A stretch of 32,000 nucleotides of DNA from Salinicoccus sp. HZC-1 (lineage in GTDB: Bacteria > Bacillota > Bacilli > Staphylococcales > Salinicoccaceae). The notes under the pieces are model-generated. The model worked only from the letters and a program-made list of their open reading frames with translations. It was not told the DNA's origin and ran no database searches. The stretch covers positions 10,954-42,953 of the forward strand of contig NZ_CP177130.1 in assembly GCF_046736035.1 (NCBI RefSeq), written 5' to 3'. The stretch's first letter is position 1. The number at the start of each line of letters is the position of its first letter. Positions 13,412-22,120 of the stretch are shown here, piece by piece. The translations under genes and the position numbers were made by a program.

Positions 13412-14023
13412 TCAGTCATGTGATTTAAGCCAGTCTAATACTTCCTGCTGCCTGCCGGCATTCAAATATTCATCGGATAATAAATCTTTCAGTAATCGAT
13501 TCTTTTCTTCAACCATGACTGTGCTGTGTTTAACCCATTTTCTGCACTCATATAAAAAGTCGACGTATGCTTCATAATTATTATCATATTCGTGGTCTAA
13601 GTCTTTTAATATTGAGGAGACGAGGCCGGGACTGGCGCCCCCCGTGGAAACGCTGATAGTCATTCTGCCACGGTGCAGTGTGCCGGGGAATATCACATCT
13701 CCCGCTTCTGCCTCCCCTGCCATATTGAGCAGTGCATTTGCCGGTGCGTTTTGTTTTACGGAACTGTTAACTTCCGGGTTGTTCGTTGCTGCGATAATGA
13801 GAGATGCCTCTTGTGCATCTTTCGTGTCGTAGATCCTTTTATTCCAGGAGATTTCTCCCTGTTCATAGAGAGAGTAAAGGCCGTCAGTCACTTCGGGACT
13901 GATGACATGAATGTCTGCCCCGTATTTGATCATAGTGTCCACCCTGCGTTCAGCGACTTTACCGCCGCCGACCACAATGACAGTTTTACCGGAGATATCG
14001 ATCATTAATGGAATATAAGCCAT
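13412..14023 (-). CDS. sirC: precorrin-2 dehydrogenase (siroheme synthase N-terminal-type, SirC/YlnF-like)
   Basis: 203 aa with the Rossmann motif VIVVGGGKVAERR and the TGGASPGL motif. Confidence 0.85.
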   Translation of the reverse strand: MAYIPLMIDISGKTVIVVGGGKVAERRVDTMIKYGADIHVISPEVTDGLYSLYEQGEISWNKRIYDTKDAQEASLIIAATNNPEVNSSVKQNAPANALLNMAGEAEAGDVIFPGTLHRGRMTISVSTGGASPGLVSSILKDLDHEYDNNYEAYVDFLYECRKWVKHSTVMVEEKNRLLKDLLSDEYLNAGRQQEVLDWLKSHD

Positions 14024-14041
14024 CTCTATTCATCCTCTGGT

Positions 14042-14782
14042 TTAAAGAGTCAATGGTTCAAATGTTTCATACACCCGTTCTTTTAATGCCTGCTTCATCG
14101 CAGGATGATCGCCAAGATGATGGCAGAGCACGATTCTGGCATCCGTCTGACGGCTTTTTACTGCACTTTCTATATGTCGTTCCAGGACACCCGTGAACCA
14201 CAGATAAGGAACGATAAATATTTGTGAATGCCCTGAATCAACAGCTGAGCCAAGCGCATCTTCAAATGAAGGGCTGCATGCTGCGAGATAGCATACATCC
14301 ACATCCTGAAACCCGGTCGATTTATAAAGTGACTGTGCAATGGTTGTAATATCGATCTGGGTCTGCGGGTTATAGCTCCCTCTGCCGACGACCAATACTT
14401 TGGCATCTCTTTTGGGGCGTATCTCTGTCTCTTCGATTCTCTCTTTCAGAATATTGGTTAACCGTGACTGTACTCCGAGTGGTTTCCCGTATAAAAACTT
14501 TATGTTGGGAAGCTTTGCTTTAATCCGCTGCATTTCTTCCGGGATATCATTGAAGTAGTGACCGGCGCTCAACAGGAGAACGGGTACGACTGAGATCTCT
14601 GTGGCACCTTTTTCAACCAGAGTATTCACACCCTGTTTCAAATCTGGTTCAGCCAATTCTAAAAAGCATGTTTCCTGAAGTGCGACATCCACCTGACTTT
14701 TGACAGATTCTATAAATGATAAAGCCTCCTGTCTGGCTTCCTTGATTCTGCTGCCGTGGCTGACATATAAAATCCCTCTCAT
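14042..14782 (-). CDS. sirB: sirohydrochlorin ferrochelatase (CbiX/SirB family)
   Basis: 246 aa with a duplicated CbiX-like fold. YVSHGSR lies at the N-terminus and LVVGRGS in the second half. Confidence 0.82.
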   Translation of the reverse strand: MRGILYVSHGSRIKEARQEALSFIESVKSQVDVALQETCFLELAEPDLKQGVNTLVEKGATEISVVPVLLLSAGHYFNDIPEEMQRIKAKLPNIKFLYGKPLGVQSRLTNILKERIEETEIRPKRDAKVLVVGRGSYNPQTQIDITTIAQSLYKSTGFQDVDVCYLAACSPSFEDALGSAVDSGHSQIFIVPYLWFTGVLERHIESAVKSRQTDARIVLCHHLGDHPAMKQALKERVYETFEPLTL

Positions 14783-14794
14783 GAAACTCCTCCA

Positions 14795-15568
14795 TCACTG
14801 GTAGATTGCTTCAGGAATATTTTCCTGGAATGCCGCCTCCTCATACCAGTTTATTTTATCTCTGAGACGAACCACTTCTCCAATGACAATCATTGCGGGA
14901 TTCCTGATCTCCTCTGATAATTCAACAATGTTTTCAAGCGTGCCTGTGACTGTTTTTTGTGTATTTGAAGTGCCGCAGTGAATCAAAGCGGCCGGCGTAT
15001 CAATATTCCGTCCGTGTTTGATCAGCAATCTGCATATTTCAGGAAGTTTTTTCACGCCCATGTATATGCACAATGTTTCAGGCCCAAGAGCCAGATGCTT
15101 CCAATACTCTTCGACATCTACGCTCTTTTTAACGACGCCTGAAACAAAGGCGACAGAAGAACTGTAGTCCCGGTGTGTAACAGGGATGCCTGCATAGGCC
15201 GGTGCAGCCGCTCCCGAGGTGATTCCGGGCACAACTTCAAACTGAATATCATGTGCGGACAATACTTCAGCTTCTTCTCCCCCTCTGCCAAAGATGAAGG
15301 GATCTCCGCCTTTAAGCCTTGTTATGGTGCTGCCTTCTTTTGCCAGACTCACAAGGAGTGCGTTGATTTCCTCCTGCGGCAGCGAATGACGGTTTGGGCT
15401 TTTACCGCAATATATAAACCGTGCGTATTTCGGCGCATGATCGAGCAGTGCTTTGTTGACCAGCCGGTCGTACAGAATGATATCCGACTGTTCTATCGCT
15501 TTCAGCCCTTTAACCGTAATCAAGTCCGGATCGCCGGGTCCGGCTCCGACCAAATATACTTTTCCCAT
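14795..15568 (-). CDS. cobA: uroporphyrinogen-III C-methyltransferase
   Basis: Begins VYLVGAGPGDPDLITVKG and contains the RLKGGDPFIFGRGGEE and VPGITS motifs. Confidence 0.92.
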   Translation of the reverse strand: MGKVYLVGAGPGDPDLITVKGLKAIEQSDIILYDRLVNKALLDHAPKYARFIYCGKSPNRHSLPQEEINALLVSLAKEGSTITRLKGGDPFIFGRGGEEAEVLSAHDIQFEVVPGITSGAAAPAYAGIPVTHRDYSSSVAFVSGVVKKSVDVEEYWKHLALGPETLCIYMGVKKLPEICRLLIKHGRNIDTPAALIHCGTSNTQKTVTGTLENIVELSEEIRNPAMIVIGEVVRLRDKINWYEEAAFQENIPEAIYQ

Positions 15569-15591
15569 ACTGTCACCTCTTTTAATTTATG

Positions 15592-17310
15592 TTAACTGTG
15601 AAAATCCTGGCCGGAGTGTACTTCTTCTATAATGCCTGCACGGATGACAAAGTCGCCAAAATGTTCTCCCTCATGCCTTTCCTTACCGTACTTGATAATG
15701 ATCGGACGCAGACTTTCCAGAATTTCTTTCTCCCCGATGTTCTCCTTATATAACTTATTAAGACGGTTGCCTGTAAATCCTCCGCCCAGATACATATTGT
15801 ATTTATCAGGTGCTTTACCGATGAATGCAATTTCTGCCAGTGCAGGTCTTGAGCATCCATTCGGGCAGCCGGACATGCGTATTGTGATTTCTTCTTCTTT
15901 AAGGGCGGCGTCATCCAATATTTCTTCGATTTTGTCGATCAGTGACGGCAGATAGCGTTCTGACTCCGCCATTGCAAGACCGCATGTCGGGAAGGCTACA
16001 CAGGCCATTGAATTTCTTCTGAGTCCGGAGTAGTTTTCACCGTCAGTGACGCCGTATTCGTCTATGATTGCCTGAATCTGTTTTTTCTTCTGAGCGGTAA
16101 CGTTCGCTATGACCAGGTTCTGGTTCGGTGTCAGTCTGAAGTCTCCGGTATGGACACCGGCAATTTCCCTTAAAGCCGTTTTTAACGGATAGTCTTGAGT
16201 GTCTTTCACACGGCCGTTTTGGATAAACAGCGTAAAGTGCCATCTGCCCTTGCCTTTCGTCCATCCGTAGCGATCGCCATTGTGGTCGAAATGAAAATCT
16301 TTCGTGCCGGGCAGTTCCCAGCCGAGCCGGTTATTCAGTTCAGTCCGGATCCAGTCCACACCTTTGGCATCCACTGTATATTTGAACCGCGCTTGCTTAC
16401 GGTCAGTGCGATTGCCGTAATCACGCTGTATCGTAACGATTTTTTCTGCGACTTCTTTTACTCTGTCTTTAGGACAATAGCCGATCACCCGTCCAACCTG
16501 CGGATATGTGTCAGTATTGCCGTGGGTCATCCCCATACCGCCGCCGATTGATATGTTAAAACCGGTTAGTTCACCCGCTTCGATAATGGCGATAAAGCCC
16601 AAGTCCTGGGAGTAGACGTCGATGTCGTTTGACGGTGGAACAGCAATCCCGATTTTAAACTTACGCGGAAGGTAAGTTTTTCCGTATATAGGCTCCACTT
16701 CCTCCGTGTCATCCCGGGTATCGAGAATCTTTTCTTCATCCAGCCATATTTCATGGTATGCACCGGTTTTCGGTGACAGGTAATCACTGATTTCACCGGC
16801 CAGATCATTCACTTCCTGATGGACCTCTGATTGATAAGGGTTCGGGTTGCACATGACATTTCTGTTCACGTCCCCGCAGGCTGCAAGCGAATCCATCAGT
16901 GCACTGTTTATATTCTGCATGGAGCTCTTTAAGTTCCTTTTTAATATGCCGTGGAATTGAAATGCCTGTCTCGTGGTTAGTTTGAGTGTGCCGTTGGCAT
17001 ATTCATCGGCGATATCATCCATCGCCAGCCACTGCTCTGGTGTCGAAGTACCGCCCGGCACCCGCACTCTGATCATAAAACTGTATGCAGCTTCAAGTTT
17101 TTGCCTGCGGCGTTCATCGCGCAGATCTCTGTCATCCTGCTGGTAACTGCCGTGGAATTTCAGAAGTTTTGTATCTTCAGCTGATATTGCGCCGGTTATG
17201 CCATCTTCCAGGCCTTCAGCGATTGTACCGCGGAGATAGTTGCTGTCTGCTTTAATGCGCTCCATTTCATCCAATTTCTCTGACAGCAGGGTATTATTTT
17301 GTTCAGCCAT
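15592..17310 (-). CDS. cysI: assimilatory sulfite reductase (NADPH), hemoprotein beta subunit
   Basis: 572 aa with siroheme/4Fe-4S ligand cysteines ([10 protein letters not shown]...CPNGCSRP) and the nitrite/sulfite reductase repeat. Confidence 0.93.
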   Translation of the reverse strand: MAEQNNTLLSEKLDEMERIKADSNYLRGTIAEGLEDGITGAISAEDTKLLKFHGSYQQDDRDLRDERRRQKLEAAYSFMIRVRVPGGTSTPEQWLAMDDIADEYANGTLKLTTRQAFQFHGILKRNLKSSMQNINSALMDSLAACGDVNRNVMCNPNPYQSEVHQEVNDLAGEISDYLSPKTGAYHEIWLDEEKILDTRDDTEEVEPIYGKTYLPRKFKIGIAVPPSNDIDVYSQDLGFIAIIEAGELTGFNISIGGGMGMTHGNTDTYPQVGRVIGYCPKDRVKEVAEKIVTIQRDYGNRTDRKQARFKYTVDAKGVDWIRTELNNRLGWELPGTKDFHFDHNGDRYGWTKGKGRWHFTLFIQNGRVKDTQDYPLKTALREIAGVHTGDFRLTPNQNLVIANVTAQKKKQIQAIIDEYGVTDGENYSGLRRNSMACVAFPTCGLAMAESERYLPSLIDKIEEILDDAALKEEEITIRMSGCPNGCSRPALAEIAFIGKAPDKYNMYLGGGFTGNRLNKLYKENIGEKEILESLRPIIIKYGKERHEGEHFGDFVIRAGIIEEVHSGQDFHS

Positions 17311-17324
17311 GTTATCCTTCCTTT

Positions 17325-19154
17325 CTAGTAAACATCACGCTGGTATCTCTTATCTTTTTTCATTTGTTTCAAGTAGGACTCGGCATCTTCCTCGCTCAGT
17401 CCCCCTTCTTTTTCAAGCACTGTGCGGATTGCGTAATGTACATCTTTGGCCATGTTTTTTTCATCGCCGCATACATAAAGTGCAGCCCCATCGTTCAACC
17501 ACTGGTAAAATTCTTTGCTGTTTTGTTCAATGCGGTGCTGTACATAAATCTTTTCGTCGGTATCGCGTGAAAATGCGAGATCCAGCCGGCTTAATACTCC
17601 GTCCTTGAGCCAGCTTTGCCATTCAGTCTGATACAGGAAGTCTGTAGTGAAATGCTGTTCTCCGAAAAACAGCCATGTTTTTCCTTCAAGTTCAAGTTCT
17701 TCCCTTTCCTCAATATAAGATCTGAATGGGGCAACACCTGTGCCCGGACCTATCATGATGACTGGTGTATCTTCATTGAAAGGAAACTTAAAGTTAGGGT
17801 TTTTCTTCACATACACCGGTACAGTGTCACCCGGTTTGATGCGTTCGGCAAACTGTACGGAACATACACCGGACCGATCGCGGTCGTGTGCGTTATAGCG
17901 CACTGCACCAACTGTCAGATGGACTTCATCAGGATTGGCTTTATAACTGCTGGCAATGGAATATTCTCTTGCTGGCAGTTTTCTGAGTGTCTGAAGCAGT
18001 ATTTCGGGCTGAAGATCAGCTGCAGGGAAGTCGCCGACGAGATCTATCAGGTCCCGTCCTTCTATGTAGCTTTGGATCCATCCCTCTTCATTCACTTTCT
18101 CCTTTAACGCATCGTTCCCGAATATTTCAGCCGCTTTTATAAGCAGCGGTTTTGTGAGCTTTGTAATCTCAAAGCGCGAAGTCAGTGCTTCTGCAAGCGG
18201 CAGTGTTTCGCCATCCGCATTGATTCCGACATCCGTTTCAGGATTCCAGCCGAGCGTTTCCAACAGCTGATCGACGATGCGTGCATCGTTCTCAGGGAAT
18301 ACGCCCAGGCAGTCGCCAGGCTCGAATGACTCGCCGAAGTCTTCCAGGGAGAGCTCGATATGTCTGACTTCCTTGTTGGAACCGCGGCCGTTGAGATTGA
18401 TGTTCTCGAGTACTTCAGCTTTATAAGGGTTGGTTCTGCTATATTTCTGTGTATTGGATGATTGTGCCGATCCAGTATCGGCTGACGGCGCTGAAACACT
18501 TTCCGCAGGACCGGCTAAAGAGTTTAAGATACCTTCCATCCATTTTTCAGCGGGTTCATCAAAATCGAGATCACAGTCTACTCTTGGAGATAACCTTTCC
18601 CCGCCGAGTGCTTCAAGCCGTTCATCGAAGTCTTTACCTGTCTGGCAGAAAAACTCATATGACTGATCTCCGAGCGCAAGCACTGAATAGCGCAAGTCAC
18701 TCAGCTTGGGGGCTTTTCGGCCGTAAATGAACTCATGGAAAGTAACGGCATTATCCGGCGGCTCGCCTTCACCGTGTGTTGCTGAAATGATGAACAGATC
18801 CTGTACCTTCTTTAAATCCTTCGGTTTGAAGTTTTCCATACAGGACAGCTTTACAGTAAAGTCATTCTCTTTGAGTTTACCTTCCAATGTTTCAGCAAGA
18901 CTTTGCGCATTACCCGTTTCAGAACCATATAATATGGTTATTTCCCGGGTTTTAGATGGATTCTCTGTATTCAGCAGATATTCTGCTACTTCTCGTGACG
19001 GTGCATCAATACCGGCCTTGGTCTCAGACTGCTGATTCGCAGTGAGATATCCACTGAACCAGATTTTTTGTTCCGGTGTCAGTGTCGGCAGTATTTGATT
19101 GATCTTTTCGGTCTGCTCTTCATTAAATGGACTGTTTGTTACGGTTAGCTGCAA
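17325..19154 (-). CDS. cysJ: assimilatory sulfite reductase (NADPH), flavoprotein alpha subunit
   Basis: 609 aa with a flavodoxin domain ([11 protein letters not shown]), an FAD/NADPH domain ([19 protein letters not shown]), and the C-terminal YQRDVY. TTG start with a GAGGTGA RBS. Confidence 0.92.
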   Translation of the reverse strand: MQLTVTNSPFNEEQTEKINQILPTLTPEQKIWFSGYLTANQQSETKAGIDAPSREVAEYLLNTENPSKTREITILYGSETGNAQSLAETLEGKLKENDFTVKLSCMENFKPKDLKKVQDLFIISATHGEGEPPDNAVTFHEFIYGRKAPKLSDLRYSVLALGDQSYEFFCQTGKDFDERLEALGGERLSPRVDCDLDFDEPAEKWMEGILNSLAGPAESVSAPSADTGSAQSSNTQKYSRTNPYKAEVLENINLNGRGSNKEVRHIELSLEDFGESFEPGDCLGVFPENDARIVDQLLETLGWNPETDVGINADGETLPLAEALTSRFEITKLTKPLLIKAAEIFGNDALKEKVNEEGWIQSYIEGRDLIDLVGDFPAADLQPEILLQTLRKLPAREYSIASSYKANPDEVHLTVGAVRYNAHDRDRSGVCSVQFAERIKPGDTVPVYVKKNPNFKFPFNEDTPVIMIGPGTGVAPFRSYIEEREELELEGKTWLFFGEQHFTTDFLYQTEWQSWLKDGVLSRLDLAFSRDTDEKIYVQHRIEQNSKEFYQWLNDGAALYVCGDEKNMAKDVHYAIRTVLEKEGGLSEEDAESYLKQMKKDKRYQRDVY

Positions 19155-19280
19155 GGAGTATCACCTCATCCTATCTTTCTCTATTATTGGCGTGACGCGG
19201 ATTATATACTTATTATTCCTACTTTATAACTCGGTTTTACCTGTAAAAAAATTTGCCATTAATGTGTGGCAGAACGCTGC

Positions 19281-20015
19281 TTATTTAGAATTGTCACCCA
19301 GAGTATGCAGTCCGCATTCGGTTTTATCGGAACCGGCCCATCTCCCTTCGCGTGAGTCTTCCCCTGATTTCACCCGGGAAGTGCATGGTATGCATCCGAT
19401 ACTCGGATATTGGAAATCATGAAGTTCATTGTACGGCAGTTCATATTTCTCGATATAATCCCAGACATCATCCCATGTCCAATGAATCAGCGGGCATACT
19501 TTGATGGACTTAAACCGTTCATCCTTATTGACGAAATCGGTATTCTGGCGGCTTGGAGACTGTTCTCTCCTCAGACCGGAAATCCATGCTGATGCACCGT
19601 ATAAAACATCTTCGAGCGGTTTTATCTTACGGATGTAGCAACATTGGTTGGGATCGCTTTTCCACAGGGCGGCGCCATGTTTATCTGCCTGTTCTTCAAG
19701 TGTAAGCTCCGGTTTTTTCAATTTAATGCGGAGTCCGGGGTATCTCTCCTTTACTCTGTCGATTAAGTCATAAGTTTCCTGAAAATGAAGATCCGTATCC
19801 AAAAATACGATTTGGGCATCTGTTTTCACTTTGGATATCAAGTCGATGAGTATCATGCTCTCAGCTCCGAAGCTGCAGGAATAAATGATGGAATCTCCAA
19901 AGTTTCCATAAGCCCATTTCAAAATCCGGAGCGCACCATTTGTTTCATCTGCAGGTGTCAGATTTCGAAAAGGATCAGTCGTGAAATTCTCATAGGTCAG
20001 GGCTGTTTCTGTCAT
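19281..20015 (-). CDS. cysH: phosphoadenosine phosphosulfate / adenylylsulfate reductase (Fe-S type)
   Basis: 244 aa, closely collinear with B. subtilis CysH as I recall it. It carries the CC...CxxC cluster cysteines ([14 protein letters not shown]) and the C-terminal ECGLH. Confidence 0.93.
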   Translation of the reverse strand: MTETALTYENFTTDPFRNLTPADETNGALRILKWAYGNFGDSIIYSCSFGAESMILIDLISKVKTDAQIVFLDTDLHFQETYDLIDRVKERYPGLRIKLKKPELTLEEQADKHGAALWKSDPNQCCYIRKIKPLEDVLYGASAWISGLRREQSPSRQNTDFVNKDERFKSIKVCPLIHWTWDDVWDYIEKYELPYNELHDFQYPSIGCIPCTSRVKSGEDSREGRWAGSDKTECGLHTLGDNSK

Positions 20016-20119
20016 ATCTTCATCATTCCTCCTTTTTTACATTAGAGTTTTTTGTTCATAAATCTGTTGAAAATTTCATTGGTAATATTTTCTCCCCTTA
20101 TAGAAACCGTCTATTTAAC

Positions 20120-20138
20120 TTATAGAGAGACTCTATAA
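20120..20138. promoter_or_regulatory. perfect 8-3-8 palindrome in the cysH leader (candidate operator or RNA hairpin)
   Basis: TTATAGAG-AGA-CTCTATAA lies between the predicted cys promoter and the cysH start. Confidence 0.35.
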
Positions 20139-20175
20139 AATTAGAATTTTTTGAAAATATTAAATTATGTTGACT

Positions 20176-20204
20176 AGCATATCTGATAGATAATTTCATG
20201 TCAA
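20176..20204 (-). promoter_or_regulatory. candidate sigma-A promoter of the cysH operon
   Basis: The minus strand reads TTGACA (20204-20199), a 17-nt spacer, then TATGCT (20181-20176). This lies about 160 nt upstream of the cysH ATG. Confidence 0.5.
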
Positions 20205-20502
20205 TGCTAAATTATAGTTTTTTAGTAGGATTTACATTTTCTTAACATTATCTGCTTTATACCGGCAATTTTTAATGAAAAACCAGTCATTGAATTATTT
20301 ATCAGAGGTCGTCAGCTGAGAAAACACGCTATTTTAATGGCGTGATGAATGAGCGTCTCGGACGACTTGCATTGTATTCTGTTATTGGTTCTTGTTTTCT
20401 TAATCATACGGGTTCAATGCGTCCTTTCTCTATCCGCGGCTTATATTATATAGCGTGTGCCTTATGGTGATATAATGGGCATTGAAGGGGCGGTGAAATA
20501 CT

Positions 20503-21645
20503 GTGTATAAAGGCATTGAATGCAAGATTTATCCTAATCAGGAACAAGAAAATCTGATTCATATGACATTCGGTCATACCCGCTTCATATGGAACGAAAT
20601 GCTGGGGATGTTGAACGCCCGTTATGAAAACAATCCTGATTTAAAACTGTTAAGCTATACCGCATTGTCATCGATGATTCCCCAAATGAAACGCGAGTTT
20701 GAGTGGTTAAAAGATGTGGACAGTGTGGCTATTCAATGTGCGGTGAAACGACTCTCTGAGACGTTCGACCGGTTCTTCAAAGGATTGTGCAAATACCCAA
20801 AGTTCAAATCCGGGAAATTTGTGAGGCAGTCGTATTTGAGCACGATCCGCGGCAATAATATTCGATTCAATCACACTCAGCGGTATATCAAACTGCCTAA
20901 ATTGGGGTGGGTCAAGTGTAAGAATAGTTTTAAACATATCGAAAATGAACGTATTAAATCCGTTACCGTCAAGCGCAAACCAACCGGTCACTTCTATATT
21001 TCAGTATTGGTAACCAGCGAAAACCAAGCGTTACCGAAAACGGAGCAAAGTGTCGGTATTGATTTGGGTGTGTCCGATTTAGCGATTACATCGGACGGAC
21101 AGAAATACGCGTCCCAACGCTTACATTTAAAATATCAAAAACAGATGCGGTATTGGGAAAAACGGATGGCCCGCCGCCGTCTGGCTGCAGAGGTGAAAGG
21201 GATTGCCCTACGCGAGGCGAAAAACTATCAAACAGCGAAACGCCATGTTGCACGATTGCATGAAAAAATCTCAAATACGCGAAAGGACTACATCCATAAA
21301 ATCACAACAACATTGGTGTCTGAATATGACATCCTATCCATCGAGGATCTGAAAACAAGGAACCTGATGAAAAATCATACTCTGGCACGCAGCATTGCGT
21401 CCCAATCCTGGCGCCAATTCAGGGACGTTTTAAAATATAAATGTGATATCTACGCCAAACAATTGATTGTGGTCAATCCGCATAAGACGTCTCAACTGTG
21501 TTCCAGCTGTCAGTTTGACAGCGGTAAAAAAGCATTAAATATCAGACAGTGGACGTGTCCGGCGTGCAGCATCCACCATGACCGGGATATTAATGCGGCT
21601 AAAAATATATTGAATCTTGGCCTGGGACAGGCCTTAGTAAAATAG
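20503..21645 (+). CDS. tnpB: TnpB (OrfB) RNA-guided endonuclease, RuvC-like with a zinc ribbon
   Basis: 380 aa with the N-terminus YKGIECKIYPNQEQENLIHMTFGHTRFIWN. The RuvC triad candidates are GIDLG, SIEDL and DRDINAAKNI. The zinc ribbon is CSSC...CPAC. GTG start. Confidence 0.92.
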   Translation: MYKGIECKIYPNQEQENLIHMTFGHTRFIWNEMLGMLNARYENNPDLKLLSYTALSSMIPQMKREFEWLKDVDSVAIQCAVKRLSETFDRFFKGLCKYPKFKSGKFVRQSYLSTIRGNNIRFNHTQRYIKLPKLGWVKCKNSFKHIENERIKSVTVKRKPTGHFYISVLVTSENQALPKTEQSVGIDLGVSDLAITSDGQKYASQRLHLKYQKQMRYWEKRMARRRLAAEVKGIALREAKNYQTAKRHVARLHEKISNTRKDYIHKITTTLVSEYDILSIEDLKTRNLMKNHTLARSIASQSWRQFRDVLKYKCDIYAKQLIVVNPHKTSQLCSSCQFDSGKKALNIRQWTCPACSIHHDRDINAAKNILNLGLGQALVK

Positions 21646-21740
21646 CTTAAACCGCTGATTGGTTCTGGAATGAACCGATTAAGTTAGGAGTGTTCCTAGA
21701 AACCCGTTACTTTAATGACGGCGTAGTTCATGTCTAAAAG
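21520..21740 (+). ncRNA. putative omega-RNA (reRNA) scaffold of TnpB; extent inferred
   Basis: By analogy with characterised TnpB systems, the guide RNA spans the tnpB 3' end and the right end. Structures seen are a 5-bp hairpin at 21619-21633 and a 10-bp hairpin TGATTGGTTC/GAACCGATTA at 21656-21681. The right-end hairpin lies at 21704-21721. No transcript evidence is available. Confidence 0.4.
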
Positions 21741-21751
21741 TAAAAATTCAG

Positions 21752-21781
21752 TTGAAATTGAAATTTATATCATGGTATAAT
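21752..21781 (+). promoter_or_regulatory. sigma-A promoter for the tRNA-Glu/tRNA-Asp pair
   Basis: TTGAAA (21752-21757), an 18-nt spacer, then TGgTATAAT (extended -10, TATAAT at 21776-21781). This lies about 30 nt upstream of tRNA-Glu. Confidence 0.65.
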
Positions 21782-21811
21782 AACTTTTGTGCCAAAGACA
21801 ATAATCAACAT

Positions 21812-21883
21812 GGCCCGTTGGTCAAGCGGTTAAGACACCGCCCTTTCACGGCGGTAACACGGGTTCGAGTCCCGTACGGGTCA
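21812..21883 (+). tRNA. tRNA-Glu (anticodon UUC)
   Basis: GGCCCGTTGGTCAAGCGGTTAAGACACCGCCCTTTCACGGCGGTAACACGGGTTCGAGTCCCGTACGGGTCA folds as a cloverleaf. The acceptor stem is GGCCCGT/ACGGGTC and the anticodon loop is CTTTCAC. It is nearly identical to Bacillus tRNA-Glu as I recall it. The 3' CCA is not encoded. Confidence 0.95.
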
Positions 21884-21913
21884 CTTTCCATATTTATATA
21901 AATTAATCACCAT

Positions 21914-21986
21914 GGTCCCGTGGTGTAGCGGTTAACATGCCTGCCTGTCACGCAGGAGATCGCGGGTTCGATTCCCGTCGGGACCG
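21914..21986 (+). tRNA. tRNA-Asp (anticodon GUC)
   Basis: GGTCCCGTGGTGTAGCGGTTAACATGCCTGCCTGTCACGCAGGAGATCGCGGGTTCGATTCCCGTCGGGACCG has the acceptor stem GGTCCCG/CGGGACC and the anticodon loop CTGTCAC. The CCA is not encoded. Confidence 0.95.
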
Positions 21987-21994
21987 TAGAGCAA

Positions 21995-22028
21995 AGCCTT
22001 CAGCATAAATACAGCTGGGGCTTTTTTG
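21995..22028 (+). terminator. rho-independent terminator after the tRNA pair
   Basis: AGCC-TT-CAGC pairs with GCTG-G-GGCT (8 bp with a small internal asymmetry) around the loop ATAAATACA, followed by TTTTTTGTT. Confidence 0.7.
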
Positions 22029-22120
22029 TTGTGTCAACATGGATAAAAATAGTAAAAAATGATACATTTATAATGGATAGTTATGAAAAACGTGACTTCG
22101 AAGCAAAGCGAGGGAAAGAT

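Larger units (their letters stand above)
20300..21740 (+). mobile_element. IS200/IS605-family element carrying tnpB only (IS1341-like, no tnpA); boundaries approximate
   Basis: tnpB is flanked by homologous, same-strand subterminal hairpins. The left end is AAACACGCTATTTTAATGGCGTG (about 20322-20344). The right end is AAACCCGTTACTTTAATGACGG (about 21700-21721). No Y1 transposase ORF is present. Confidence 0.8.

Noticed and set aside
19155-19280. A weak hairpin TGCCA-N8-TGGCA plus a T-run, and a TTATAA-17-TATAAT promoter-like pair, in the 126-nt cysH-cysJ gap (minus strand).
   Set aside because: The stem is only 5 bp and the -35 element matches 3/6. It may be a partial attenuator or internal promoter, but it is not strong enough to annotate.
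20012-20026. A mini-ORF ATGATGAAGATATGA (MMKI*) on the minus strand, directly after the AAGGAGG RBS, whose stop overlaps the cysH ATG.
   Set aside because: It could be a coupling uORF, but it is only 3-4 codons long. The first ATG is too close to the Shine-Dalgarno sequence. The simpler reading is that the SD serves the cysH ATG with a slightly long (12-nt) spacer.
20170-20196. A plus-strand TTGACT followed by a GATAAT/TAATTT promoter-like sequence facing the IS element.
   Set aside because: The spacer is only 13-15 nt, and the site overlaps the better-spaced minus-strand cys promoter. It is not supported as an independent promoter.
20016-20300. An expected S-box (SAM-I) riboswitch upstream of cysH.
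   Set aside because: Reading the minus strand, I found none of the conserved SAM-I cores and no terminator/antiterminator pair. No riboswitch can be supported from the sequence.
21751-21765. A tandem TTGAAATTGAAAT repeat upstream of tRNA-Glu.
   Set aside because: It has only two short units. It is explained as the -35 region of the tRNA promoter, not a repeat element.
22031-22120. ORF-track N-terminal extensions of walR (22031). The same applies to yycH (24487), purA (9275), cysC (to 11360), serS (3092), yybS (4399) and rlmH (28426).
   Set aside because: The extensions overlap upstream genes or terminators, lack an RBS, and have no counterpart in the known homologues. Internal starts with good Shine-Dalgarno spacing give the expected protein lengths.
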